A DNA stretch of 32,000 nucleotides from an uncultured Actinomycetes bacterium. GTDB taxonomy: Bacteria > Actinomycetota > Actinomycetes > S36-B12 > CAIYMF01. How positions within the stretch are numbered: position 1 is the stretch's first letter; the number at the start of each line of letters is the position of its first letter. The notes beneath the pieces were generated by a model. That model ran no database searches. It had not been told where the DNA came from and saw only the letters and a list, made by a program, of their open reading frames with translations. This document shows positions 1-9,248 of this stretch, in pieces. The stretch lies in NCBI GenBank assembly GCA_963843975.1, contig CAWJMG010000003.1, forward strand, positions 1,530,001-1,562,000. Reading direction: 5' to 3'. The position numbers were made by a program, and so were the translations under genes.

Positions 1-411
1 GTGGGCCTGGACCAGGCAGTGCTGGGGCGGGCGGTGACCCAGGGCGCACGGGTCATCGACTCGACGCCGCCGGCGATCACGATGCCGGCCTCGCCCGCGC
101 GGATCTGCTGGGCCGCCGAGGCCACCGCCGTGAGGCCCGAGGCGCACAGCCGGTTCACCGTGTAGCCGGGCACCTCCGCCGGGAGGCCCGCGAGGAGCGA
201 CGCCATGCGGGCGACGTTCCGGTTGTCCTCGCCCGCCTGGTTTGCGCAGCCCAGCACGACCTCGTCGACGGCATCCGGTCCGATCCCGGCCCGGGCGACG
301 AGCCTCCGCGATGACCAGGGCGGCGAGATCGTCGGGACGAACACCGGCGAGCCCTCCGCCCAGCCGTCCGATCGGCGTCCGCACACCGAGGACGAGATGG
401 ACCTCGGTCAT
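1..411 (-). pseudogene. Thiolase (acetyl-CoA C-acetyl/acyltransferase), 5' part only; gene continues past the window start; frame broken near 301-304
   Basis: Hand translation of the minus strand from the ATG at 411 gives MTEVHLVLGVRTPIGRLGGGLAGVRPDDLAALVIAE. One base out of frame it continues LVARAGIGPDAVDEVVLGCANQAGEDNRNVARMASLLAGLPAEVPGYTVNRLCASGLTAVASAAQQIRAGEAGIVIAGGVESMTRAP, which contains the thiolase nucleophile motif NRLCASG. It is absent from the ORF track because it runs off the window. Confidence 0.8.
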
Positions 412-487
412 GACGCGGCACCCGCGAGGAGGGGCTCGACGATGGGCCCACCTGCGGGCCCCTCGTGATCGACCGCTCCCCCAGGTG

Positions 488-1531
488 TCACACGCCCACC
501 CGGATCTGGCGCGGCAGGTCCGGCATGCGGAACTCCGGGATCACCTCACTGCTGAAGAGCTTCATCGAGGCCAACAGCTGGTGCAGCGGCATGCCCGGGA
601 AGTGCATGCGGCAGACGAGGTGATCGAGACCGAAAGCGTCGTCGAGGTCACGGATCTCCGCGATCACCTGCTCGGGGCTGCCGATGATGAAACGGCCCGC
701 GGCGAGGGAGGCGAAGTCCGAGGCTTCCCCCTGCCACAGGCCCCAGTCGGCGTAGCGCTGGAACTGACGCGCCAGCATCGGAGCCACCTCTGCGGCGGCG
801 TCGGCGCTGTGCGAGACGTAGACGTCCCGGATGAGCACGCGCGGCGTGCGACGGCCCTGCCGGGGCGCCGCCGCGTCGTAGGCGGCCCAGTGCGCGCCCA
901 GTGCGCTGTTCTCCGAGACCGCCCCCAGGACCATGGGGAGTCCGAGCTCCGCAGCGATGTCGCGCCCGGGCTGCCAGAACCCGCCGATCCACAGTGGGAG
1001 CTCGAACTGGGCGGGCTTCGGCGTGACCGTCACGGTCCCCGACACGTTCTCGACGTGCCCCTCGAGCTGGGCCGGGATCGTCCAGTGGCTGCCGTGGAAG
1101 GAGAAGGGGCGGGAGGCCCACGCCCGGGTGAGCACGTCGAGGGACTCGACGTAGCGCTCGTGGTACTCCTGCTCGCCCAGGCCGTGGGCTGCCAGCTCGT
1201 GGGCGACGGCGTTCACCGGCGCGATGATCGCCCGGCCTCCCGACAGGTTGTCGAGGACCGCCGCGTCCTCCGCGACGTAGAGGGGGTGGGTCAGGCCGAG
1301 CACGGGCAGCACGCCGATCCTGATGGAGTCGGTCTTCGCTGCGAGATTGGCCGCCGCGATGAACGACGACGGGCAGTAGCCGTCGTCGGTGAAGCCGCGC
1401 TCGGCCACCCAGGCGGACTCGAAGCCCCAGCTCTCCGCAGCTCTGACGGCCTCCCCCATGAGCTCGTAGGCCTCGGTCCAGCCGATGCCCTCGTGCTTCT
1501 CGGCCGCGAAGGGGCCCAGTCCGAACCGCAT
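488..1531 (-). CDS. LLM-class (luciferase-like) flavin/F420-dependent oxidoreductase
   Basis: 347-aa ORF. The N-terminus MRFGLGPF...WGFESAWVAERGFTDDGYCPS and the overall TIM-barrel LLM pattern fit the family. The ATG at 1531 lies 1 nt after the stop of the upstream LLM gene. Confidence 0.85.
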   Translation of the reverse strand: MRFGLGPFAAEKHEGIGWTEAYELMGEAVRAAESWGFESAWVAERGFTDDGYCPSSFIAAANLAAKTDSIRIGVLPVLGLTHPLYVAEDAAVLDNLSGGRAIIAPVNAVAHELAAHGLGEQEYHERYVESLDVLTRAWASRPFSFHGSHWTIPAQLEGHVENVSGTVTVTPKPAQFELPLWIGGFWQPGRDIAAELGLPMVLGAVSENSALGAHWAAYDAAAPRQGRRTPRVLIRDVYVSHSADAAAEVAPMLARQFQRYADWGLWQGEASDFASLAAGRFIIGSPEQVIAEIRDLDDAFGLDHLVCRMHFPGMPLHQLLASMKLFSSEVIPEFRMPDLPRQIRVGV

Positions 1532-1532
1532 G

Positions 1533-2570
1533 TCACGCCTTCCTGGGAGTGGTGGACAGTGCCGGCATCACTTCGGTCGCCAGGAGCTCCATGGCCCTGT
1601 GCAGCTGCGGCTGGGTCTGCGAGATCAGGTGGCTCCGGGCGATCACGAAGTCCACCCCGACCGACTCGAGGTCCTTCAGCCGACGGATGACCGTCTCCGG
1701 CGTCCCGACGGCGGCGTTGTTGCGCACGACGCCCTCCGCGGCGCGGCGCAGCGCGTCAGGCTGCTCGAACCCCAGCGAGTTCCCGTTCTCGTCGGAGAGG
1801 TAGCGCCAGCCGCCGAGCTGCTCCATGAGGAACGACTTCAGCCGTGGCATGACCACGGTCTCGGCAGCGGCCGCCGACTCGTCGACCCAGACATAGCGCA
1901 GGATGCCGATACGGGCCTTGCTGTCGTCGACCCCGTGCTCGGCCGCAGTGCTGCGGTACAGCTCGACGAGCTGGCCTGCGCGACGGTCGTCGTGGGCGTC
2001 GGACAGGATCACGCTCATCCCGTGGCGGGCGGCACGCTGCACCGCCTTGTCGGTGACCGCCGCGACCCAGATCGGCACGGGCGACTGCACGGGGAGCGGG
2101 GTGACTACCTCCCCGTTCGGCCCGACGGGCTGGCCGGAGGTCGCCTTCTCGAGGATGTCGAGTGCATCCTCCATGCGTCGGGCGCGCGACTTGCGGTGGA
2201 TGCCGAGACCGTCGAACTCCTGGTCGCGGTACCCGAGCGCGACACCGAAGTCGAGCCGGCCATGCGAGATCTGGTCCAGTGTGTTGACGCCCTGCGCCAC
2301 CCGCAGCGCATCGTGCTGCGGCAGGAGAAGGCAGCCCGTGCCGATCCGAAGCCGGGTCGTCGCCCCCGCGATGTATCCGCCGGCCGTCAGCAGCGCGGGG
2401 AGGTAGCCGTCGTACCAGAAGCGGTGCTCGGTGAGCCACAGGGACTCAAAGCCCAGGTGTTCCGCCCACTGCGCGTCCTCGGCCAGCTGACGGTACAGCC
2501 GTGGGTGCGGGAGGGGGGCGCTCCTGGTGCTCTGCATGCCCCAGAGGCCGATGCCGATCTCCATGTCCAC
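1533..2570 (-). CDS. LLM-class (luciferase-like) flavin/F420-dependent oxidoreductase, second paralog
   Basis: 345-aa ORF with LGFESLWLTEHRFWYDGYLPALL...GRLDFGVALGYRDQEF, typical of the LLM family. First gene of a two-gene LLM pair. Confidence 0.85.
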   Translation of the reverse strand: MDMEIGIGLWGMQSTRSAPLPHPRLYRQLAEDAQWAEHLGFESLWLTEHRFWYDGYLPALLTAGGYIAGATTRLRIGTGCLLLPQHDALRVAQGVNTLDQISHGRLDFGVALGYRDQEFDGLGIHRKSRARRMEDALDILEKATSGQPVGPNGEVVTPLPVQSPVPIWVAAVTDKAVQRAARHGMSVILSDAHDDRRAGQLVELYRSTAAEHGVDDSKARIGILRYVWVDESAAAAETVVMPRLKSFLMEQLGGWRYLSDENGNSLGFEQPDALRRAAEGVVRNNAAVGTPETVIRRLKDLESVGVDFVIARSHLISQTQPQLHRAMELLATEVMPALSTTPRKA

Positions 2571-2621
2571 TCCCGACTCATGACACTGACCTGCCGCCCT
2601 ACGAGTGCAGGGAGATTAGAA

Positions 2622-2653
2622 CTTACTCTGGTAGTAAGCAAGATCCGGGATCT
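2622..2653. promoter_or_regulatory. Two short inverted repeats in the least GC-rich patch of the LLM / PucR divergent intergenic region (candidate operator/promoter)
   Basis: CTTACT-ctggt-AGTAAG at 2622-2638 and AGATCC-g-GGATCT at 2641-2653, read directly. They lie 50-80 nt upstream of the LLM start at 2570. Confidence 0.35.
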
Positions 2654-2910
2654 CTAAACGACCCGGGACGGTGCACACCGCTGGCCGGCTCGGAGGTGAT
2701 CGGTGCAGTCGCAGTCTGGTCGCGCCCTCGGCCCGCCTGCGTTGTTCCGACCCACGAGGTGCCGGCATCGGTTCTGTGCGAAAGACCAAGGAAGTCCGCG
2801 GCACGGCACGGGCCGCTGTACAGGAGCACAGAGCCCACTTACAGTCGCGAAGCCAAGCCCGGAGCGCGTCGGCCAGGCCGCACCGTCCCCAGCCTGGAGG
2901 AGAGCCCCAC

Positions 2911-4800
2911 GTGACGAGCGCACGAGCCCCCCGGACCGTCGTCACGCGGAGCCAGCTGGCGGACCTCCGCAGATGGCTCGTCGCCGCGTCCGACATGGTC
3001 AAGTCCGTCAACGCCAACGACCCCCTCGAGGTGCTGCTCTCGCAGGTCTCGCAGAAGGCGCGGGTGCTGCTCCGCCTCGACATGTGCGCGGTGATGCTGG
3101 TCGAGGACGGGACTGACCGGCTGCTGGTGCGCGGCTACGACGGCCTCTCCCGGGAGTACGTCAGCCGGCTCAACACGGACCACCCGCTGCTGATCGCCCC
3201 CGACGCCCGCAACACCAGCCCGTCGGCGCGCGCCTACCTCACGGGCGAGACGATCGCCATCCCGGACGTGAAGTCGGCGGAGGGTTTCGACCCGTGGCTC
3301 GACATCGCTCTGCGCGAGGGCTACGGGGCCCTGGTGGCCACGCCGTTGTACGACGGCAACCACAAGGCCGGTGTGATCGTGGGCTACTCGATGGAGGCCC
3401 GCGAGTTCACCGACACCCACCTCGAGCTCCTGAGGCTCTTGGCAGACCATGCGGGCAGCGCCCTTCAGGGCGCCTACCTCCGTTCCGCGAGCGCGGACAT
3501 CATCGAGCAGCTGCACGCGGCCAACGCCGAGCTCACCTCTCAGCGCCATGCCCTCGAGCTGGCTGCCGACCAGCACCGGCGACTGCTGCAGGTCATGGCC
3601 AACGACGTCGGCATCAGCGGGGTGGTCACCATCCTCGCCGAGCTCCTCAACGCCTCCGTCGCCCTCGAGGACCCGAACGGCAACGTCATCGCGTCGGCGG
3701 CCGTAGGCACCTACCTCGCGCCCCCGCACGGCGCCGAGCGCGAGCGCGAGCCCATCCAGCGCGCACTCGCCCAGATCTCCCGGGAGCGGGCCGGTGCGGT
3801 GCGGGTGCCTCGGCGCAACGAGGAGTCGACGCACTTCTGGCTCGCGCCGGTGACCCTGGGCGAGGAGGTCGTAGCCCGCCTCTGGGTCGCCAAGCCCGCT
3901 GACGAGATGGGCGAGGTCGACCGACGGGGCATGGAGCGGTTCGTGCTCGCGCTGGCCCTGGAGATGGCCAAGCAGCGCAGCGCCCTCCAGGCTCAGATGG
4001 GGCTCTCCCGGGATCTCGTGGCCGAGCTCCTCACCGACTTCCCCGACAGCTATCGGCGGGTACTGCTGGAGCGCGCGACGGCTATGGGGTACGACCTCAC
4101 CTCGCCCCAGCTCGTGCTCATCGCTTCCCCCGACCCGACGGGCCGCGACGAGCGGGTCCGGACCGCCAGCACCACAAAGCTCCTCGAGACCGCGCACGTG
4201 ACGCTGCGACGCATGGGGCGGCCCGCGCTCATGGGCGTTTCCGACCACGACGTCGTCCTCCTCGTGCCGAGTGCGCACGGGGACCGCTCCGCCGGGCGCG
4301 AGATCGCCAAGGCCGTCCAGCTCGAGCTGCGCCGACTGAGGAAGCCGATCACGGCCAGCTTCGCGCTCGGCTCCGTCGTGGACGACGTGTCCGCGGTCGC
4401 CCGAACGTTTCGCGCGGCCCGGGGCGCCCTCCGCCTCGCGGCGGGGCGGCAGCCAGGCTCGGTCGTGGACACCGACGACTTCGGCGTGTTCACGCTGCTG
4501 CTGTCCAACACCGAGCCGGACGCCCTCGTCAGGTTCGCGGAGAGCCGGGTCGCTGCCCTCAACGGACGAGACGCCAAGAAGCAGAGCGACCTGCTCGACA
4601 CCCTGCGGGTGTGGCTCGAGTGCAGCTGCTCGACGAGCCTCACGAGCGAGCGTCTCGTCGTACACCCCAACACGGTGATCTACCGGATCAGGGTCATCGA
4701 GGAGACCCTCGGACGATCGCTCAAGGACCAGGAGTTCCTCATGGAGCTACGACTCGCCTTCATGATCCTGGACGTGGCCAGGGCCAGCATCCCCGGCTAG
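2911..4800 (+). CDS. GAF-domain / PucR (CdaR)-family transcriptional regulator
   Basis: N-terminal GAF-like region (LLRLDMCAVMLVEDGTDRLLVRGYDGLS...ALVATPLYDGNHKAGVIVGYS). C-terminal PucR-type HTH (LLDTLRVWLECSCSTSLTSERLVVHPNTVIYRIRVIEETLG). The GTG at 2911, preceded by GGAGGAG at 2896-2902, is preferred over the Arg-rich extension back to 2671. Confidence 0.85.
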   Translation: MTSARAPRTVVTRSQLADLRRWLVAASDMVKSVNANDPLEVLLSQVSQKARVLLRLDMCAVMLVEDGTDRLLVRGYDGLSREYVSRLNTDHPLLIAPDARNTSPSARAYLTGETIAIPDVKSAEGFDPWLDIALREGYGALVATPLYDGNHKAGVIVGYSMEAREFTDTHLELLRLLADHAGSALQGAYLRSASADIIEQLHAANAELTSQRHALELAADQHRRLLQVMANDVGISGVVTILAELLNASVALEDPNGNVIASAAVGTYLAPPHGAEREREPIQRALAQISRERAGAVRVPRRNEESTHFWLAPVTLGEEVVARLWVAKPADEMGEVDRRGMERFVLALALEMAKQRSALQAQMGLSRDLVAELLTDFPDSYRRVLLERATAMGYDLTSPQLVLIASPDPTGRDERVRTASTTKLLETAHVTLRRMGRPALMGVSDHDVVLLVPSAHGDRSAGREIAKAVQLELRRLRKPITASFALGSVVDDVSAVARTFRAARGALRLAAGRQPGSVVDTDDFGVFTLLLSNTEPDALVRFAESRVAALNGRDAKKQSDLLDTLRVWLECSCSTSLTSERLVVHPNTVIYRIRVIEETLGRSLKDQEFLMELRLAFMILDVARASIPG

Positions 4801-5008
4801 GAGGCTGCCCGGGAGGCGTTCGAACGTGGGTCGCCCGCCGCCCAGACCTATCCCCATCGGCCTTGTGCCATGCCACATATGCATGACGGGAAATGCGGAG
4901 CGGCACCCATACGCATCGACTCCCCCGGTCGAACACACTCGGGTCCCGCGCCTCGACGCCGTGCTCCGGCGCGTGGGCAGGAGCTGGACACATGGAGGGT
5001 TGGCCGCG

Positions 5009-6214
5009 ATGAGCAAGCCGTACGAGGGACTGAAGGCTGCCGTGGTCGGGGGCTCGATCGGAGGCCTCTCCGCCGGACTTCTGCTGCGCGACCTCGGCTT
5101 CGATGTAGACGTCTACGAGCGGACCCCCGAGGAGCTCGAGGGTCGCGGTGCGGGCATCGTGCTCCAGCCGGAGATGATGCGGTGGTTCCGGGAGCGGAGC
5201 ACGAACCGCCCCGAGGACCTCAGCACCGTCGCCCAGCGCATCCGCTACCTCGGCCCGGGCAACGAGACGGTCTACGAGGAGCCCGCGGTCTGGCGCTTCA
5301 CCTCCTGGGGCACGCTGTACCGCGCCCTGCTCGGCGACTTCGGCCGTGAGCACTACCACCTCGGTCACTTCGTGGCCGGTGTCGACACCGGTCCCGACAG
5401 CACGACCCTGCGCTTCGTCAACGGCCGGGTCGAGACCGCCGACCTGGTCGTGTTCGCAGACGGCGTCAGCTCCACCGGCAGGAGGCGGCTGCTCCCGGAC
5501 TTCTCCCTCGAGTACTCGGGGTACGTCGGATGGCGCGGCACGGTGCCGGAGATCGAGCTGACCGAGGAGACGCGCAACCTCCTCGGTGACTCCCTCACCT
5601 ACTCCTTGGGGCCAAACACCCAGATCTGCGTGTACCCGATCCCTGGGCCCCACGACGAGCTCGAACCAGGGAAGCGGCTAATCAACTACGTCTGGTACCG
5701 CAACGTCGAGCAGGGAGCCCCTCTCGAGGAGCTGCTCACCGACAAGTCCGGCTTCCGGGGCGAGGTCTCGGTGCACCCGTCCAGGGTCCAGGACCGCTTC
5801 GTCGAGGAGATGAAGCAGGCCGCCGGTGAGGTCCTGGCGCCAGCGGCGGCCGAGGCAGTGCAGCGCACCGAGTTCCCCTACCTTCAGGCGGTGCTCGACG
5901 GTAGGCCGCCGCAGATGGTCTTCGGGCGCGCGGTCATTCTCGGAGACGCCGGCTTCGTGGGCCGGCCCCACGGCGCGGCAGGCACCGCGAAGGCGGCCGC
6001 CGAGGCGTGGGGGCTCGCCGAGTGCCTCGAGAAGACGGCAGGCGACATCCCGGCGGCACTCGCCGCCTGGGAGCCGGAGGCACTCGCGACGGGCAAGCAG
6101 CTCGTGGACCGCGTCGTGTCGATGGGACGGCGATCGCAGTTCGAGAACACCTGGGACCCGCACGACACGACGCTGCGCTTCGGTCTGTACGGACCGATCC
6201 AGCCGACCACCTGA
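5009..6214 (+). CDS. FAD-dependent aromatic/N-heterocycle monooxygenase (resembles 2,6-dihydroxypyridine 3-hydroxylase-type enzymes)
   Basis: GxGxxG motif (AAVVGGSIGGLSAGLLL), YERTPE, WRGTVPE, the PIPG loop and the GDAGFVGRPHGAAGTAKA FAD motif. ATG at 5009 with GGAGGG 9 nt upstream. The ORF-track extension from 4826 is not protein-like. Confidence 0.8.
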   Translation: MSKPYEGLKAAVVGGSIGGLSAGLLLRDLGFDVDVYERTPEELEGRGAGIVLQPEMMRWFRERSTNRPEDLSTVAQRIRYLGPGNETVYEEPAVWRFTSWGTLYRALLGDFGREHYHLGHFVAGVDTGPDSTTLRFVNGRVETADLVVFADGVSSTGRRRLLPDFSLEYSGYVGWRGTVPEIELTEETRNLLGDSLTYSLGPNTQICVYPIPGPHDELEPGKRLINYVWYRNVEQGAPLEELLTDKSGFRGEVSVHPSRVQDRFVEEMKQAAGEVLAPAAAEAVQRTEFPYLQAVLDGRPPQMVFGRAVILGDAGFVGRPHGAAGTAKAAAEAWGLAECLEKTAGDIPAALAAWEPEALATGKQLVDRVVSMGRRSQFENTWDPHDTTLRFGLYGPIQPTT

Positions 6215-6256
6215 GGCACCGCTGGCCAGCGAGGCCGCCCATCACCCGGAGGAAGA

Positions 6257-7288
6257 ATGAAGGCACTGATCTACGACGGCCCCGGCAAGATCCGTTGGGA
6301 CGAGCACCCGGACCCGAAGATCCAGCAAGACACCGACATCATCCTGAAGGTCACGTCGACGACCATCTGCGGCTCCGACACCCACATCATCAAGGGAGGC
6401 GTGCCGGACACCCCCTTCGGGACCGTCCTCGGCCATGAGGGCGTCGGGATCGTCGAGAAGGTCGGATCGTCGGTTCGCAACGTCGTCCCGGGCGACCGCG
6501 TACTGGCCACGTGCGTCACCGCATGCGGCTTCTGCCGGTTCTGCACCGCTCAGCAGTACGGCCAGTGCATCAACGGCGGCTGGGCCCTCGGACACCTCAT
6601 CGACGGCGTCCAGGCCGAGTACGCCCGCATCCCTTACGCGCAGAACTCGCTGTACAAGATCCCCGACAACCTCAGCGACGAGCAGGTCCTCTTCCTGACG
6701 GACATCCTCGCCACCGGCTACGAGGTCGGTGTCCTCATGGGGCACGTGCAGCCTGGTGACACCGTCGTCATCGTCGGTTCCGGGCCCGTCGGCCTGTCGG
6801 CCGTCCTGACCGCGAAGCTCTTCTCGCCGGCCAACCTCATCGTGGTCGACCTTGTCGAGTCGCGCCGCAAGAAGGCGCTCGAGCTCGGGGCCACGCACGC
6901 CGTATCCCCCGAGGAGGTGCACGACCTCGTCAACGACCTGACCGGCGGCCTGGGCGCCGACGTCACCATCGAGGCGGCCGGCTTCCCGGCTCCCTTCGAG
7001 CTGGCGGCCGACCTCGTGCGCTCGGGTGGCCGGATCGCCAACATCGGCGTCCACGAGGAGCCCGTGACCCTGCACATCGAGAAGCTCTGGGCCAAGCAGG
7101 TCACCATCACGACCGGGATCCCGTCTGCCCTCAGCGTGCCCGCGCTCATGAAGGCCATCGCCTCCGGCACGCTGGACGCCACGCCTCTCATCAGCCACCG
7201 GATCTCGCTGTCGGACACCGCCGAGGGTTACGAGATCTTCAAAAACGCTGCGGAGACCAACGCCCTCAAGGTGGTCATGACCGCCTGA
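6257..7288 (+). CDS. Zinc-dependent alcohol dehydrogenase (MDR family)
   Basis: Catalytic-Zn motifs ICGSD and GHEGVGIV, structural-Zn Cys cluster CVTACGFCRFC...C, and a VGSGPVG Rossmann motif. RBS GGAGGAAG lies just upstream of the ATG. Confidence 0.9.
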   Translation: MKALIYDGPGKIRWDEHPDPKIQQDTDIILKVTSTTICGSDTHIIKGGVPDTPFGTVLGHEGVGIVEKVGSSVRNVVPGDRVLATCVTACGFCRFCTAQQYGQCINGGWALGHLIDGVQAEYARIPYAQNSLYKIPDNLSDEQVLFLTDILATGYEVGVLMGHVQPGDTVVIVGSGPVGLSAVLTAKLFSPANLIVVDLVESRRKKALELGATHAVSPEEVHDLVNDLTGGLGADVTIEAAGFPAPFELAADLVRSGGRIANIGVHEEPVTLHIEKLWAKQVTITTGIPSALSVPALMKAIASGTLDATPLISHRISLSDTAEGYEIFKNAAETNALKVVMTA

Positions 7289-7355
7289 CAGGTACGAGGA
7301 CCCCGCACTCCGGCGAGCCCGGGCGCGGGGTGGATCCGCGGTCCGGGGCAGGTCC

Positions 7356-7393
7356 GAGGGCGTGGTCGCGGCGCGAGCCGGGGCCACGCCCTC
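7356..7393 (+). terminator. GC-rich stem-loop downstream of the ADH gene (candidate terminator, no U-tract)
   Basis: Perfect 10-bp inverted repeat GAGGGCGTGG (7356-7365) / CCACGCCCTC (7384-7393) with an 18-nt loop. Confidence 0.4.
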
Positions 7394-7445
7394 TCGGCAT
7401 CCCGGGCACCGTCCGACCGACCGCTCCAGCAATCGGAGGCCGTGC

Positions 7446-9233
7446 ATGGCCCGCTTCTCAGCCCCTGCCCCCTTCACGACCCGCCCGGACCTGCTTGGTC
7501 ATGTGGGGATGGTGGCCAGCACGCACTGGCTCGCGTCGGCGTCGGCGATGGCAGTCCTCGAGCGCGGCGGCAACGCCTTCGACGCATCCGTCGCTGCGGG
7601 GTTCGTGCTCCAGGTCGTGGAACCGCACTTCAACGGGCCTGGCGGCGAGCTCGTCGGGCTCGTGGCAGCGGCCGGGGACGCCCGTCCCACCGTCCTGGCC
7701 GGCGCTGCACCGGCACCGCTGCGGGCGACGCTCGAGAACGTGAGGGCGCTCGGCCTCACCTGCATCCCGGGGGCAGGGCCACTGTCCGCGCCCGCGACCG
7801 GCCAGTTCGACGCGTGGATGATCCTGCTCAGAGACCGCGGCACCTGGGATCTCGGCGAGGTGCTGTCCTTCGCGATCCACTACGCCCGCAAGGGGTTTCC
7901 GGTCACCAGCGGTCTCGCGCGGACGATAGCCAGCGTGGGCGAGCTCTTCGCCAGCCGATGGCCGACCTCCTACGAGCAGTGGATGCCAGGCGGCCGCGCT
8001 CCCGCCGTCGGCGATGTGCTTACCAACGGGCGACTCGCCTACACCTACGAGCGGGTCCTCGTCGAGACGTCTGGGGCGGCCGGCCGCGAGGCGCGGATCG
8101 AGGCAGCCCGCCGCACGTGGTCTGAAGGCTTCGTCGCCCGGGCTCTCGTCTCGTTCAACGAGATCCCGCACTGGCACCCGGAGGGCGGTGTGCAGCCCGG
8201 GTTCCTCACCTTCGAAGATCTCGCCGCGTACCGCGCGACGTACGAGGATCCGGTCTCGGCCGACTTCGCCGGGCACACCGTATGGAAGGCGGGCGCCTGG
8301 ACGCAGGGGCCCGCGCTGCTCCAGATGCTCGGCATCCTCGAGGGTCTCGAGCCGCATCAGAACGACCCCGCCGGCCCCGAGGGCGCTCACCTCGTGGTGG
8401 AGGCGATCAAGCTCGCCATGGCCGACCGCGAGGGTTACTTCGGCGACGTCGACGTGCCGCTCGCTGCCCTCCTGGACATCGGCTACCTGCGACGGCGGCG
8501 CGACCTCATCACCGAGCGTGCCGCCGTCGGGTTCCCGCCGGGCGCGGTCGAGGGATACACGCCGTACCAGCCTCCGCTCCGGGTCGCTGGCGGAGCGGAC
8601 CATGGCGCGACCGGCGAGCCGACCGTCCGCCGGAACGGCTCGACCCGGGGCGACACCTGCCACCTCGACGTGGTCGACCGGTGGGGCAACATGGCATCGA
8701 TCACCCCCTCGGGCGGCTGGCTGCAGTCCTCGCCGTACATCCCGGAGCTCGGCTTCGCCCTCAGCAGCCGCCTCCAGCAGACGTGGCTGGACCCGCGATC
8801 GCCGGCGGCGCTCCACCCTGGCCGGCGACCACGGCTCACCCTCTCCCCGACGCTGGTGACGCGGGACGGCGAGCCGGTCCTCGCCCTCGGGACGCCGGGC
8901 GGCGACGGGCAGGACCAGTGGCAGCTGCTGTACCTGCTGAGGACGCTGGTCGGCGGATGGACGCCGCAACAGGCGATCGACGCGCCGGCTCTGGTCTCGA
9001 CGGCCTTCCCTGACTCCTTCTGGCCCAGGACATGGGTTCCCGGCGGGGTCACCGTCGAGCCGCGCCTGGGCGAGGGCGTCATCGCCTCGCTGACCGACCG
9101 CGGGCACGTCGTCACCCGGGCCGACGACTGGACGCTCGGCAGGCTCTCCGCCGTCACCCGCGACCCGTCGACCGGGCTCCTGGGCGCGGCCGCGAACCCC
9201 CGCGGAGCGCAGGGCTACGCCGTGGGCCGGTGA
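7446..9233 (+). CDS. ggt: Gamma-glutamyltransferase family protein
   Basis: GMVASTHWLASASAMAVLERGGNAFDA N-terminus, autoprocessing/nucleophile region GDTCHLDVVDRWGNMASITPSGG, and C-terminal GTPGGDGQ. ATG at 7446 with GGAGG 6 nt upstream. Confidence 0.85.
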   Translation: MARFSAPAPFTTRPDLLGHVGMVASTHWLASASAMAVLERGGNAFDASVAAGFVLQVVEPHFNGPGGELVGLVAAAGDARPTVLAGAAPAPLRATLENVRALGLTCIPGAGPLSAPATGQFDAWMILLRDRGTWDLGEVLSFAIHYARKGFPVTSGLARTIASVGELFASRWPTSYEQWMPGGRAPAVGDVLTNGRLAYTYERVLVETSGAAGREARIEAARRTWSEGFVARALVSFNEIPHWHPEGGVQPGFLTFEDLAAYRATYEDPVSADFAGHTVWKAGAWTQGPALLQMLGILEGLEPHQNDPAGPEGAHLVVEAIKLAMADREGYFGDVDVPLAALLDIGYLRRRRDLITERAAVGFPPGAVEGYTPYQPPLRVAGGADHGATGEPTVRRNGSTRGDTCHLDVVDRWGNMASITPSGGWLQSSPYIPELGFALSSRLQQTWLDPRSPAALHPGRRPRLTLSPTLVTRDGEPVLALGTPGGDGQDQWQLLYLLRTLVGGWTPQQAIDAPALVSTAFPDSFWPRTWVPGGVTVEPRLGEGVIASLTDRGHVVTRADDWTLGRLSAVTRDPSTGLLGAAANPRGAQGYAVGR

Positions 9234-9248
9234 CCTGGTTGAACCCTG

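Noticed and set aside
2671-2910. N-terminal extensions suggested by the ORF track (2671 for the PucR gene; likewise 4826, 7362, 13048, 13653, 16355, 17383, 27462)
   Set aside because: The extended segments are Arg/Pro-rich, lack family similarity, and often overlap the upstream gene. Internal ATG/GTG starts with Shine-Dalgarno-like GGAGG sequences, or with stop/start overlaps, fit better.
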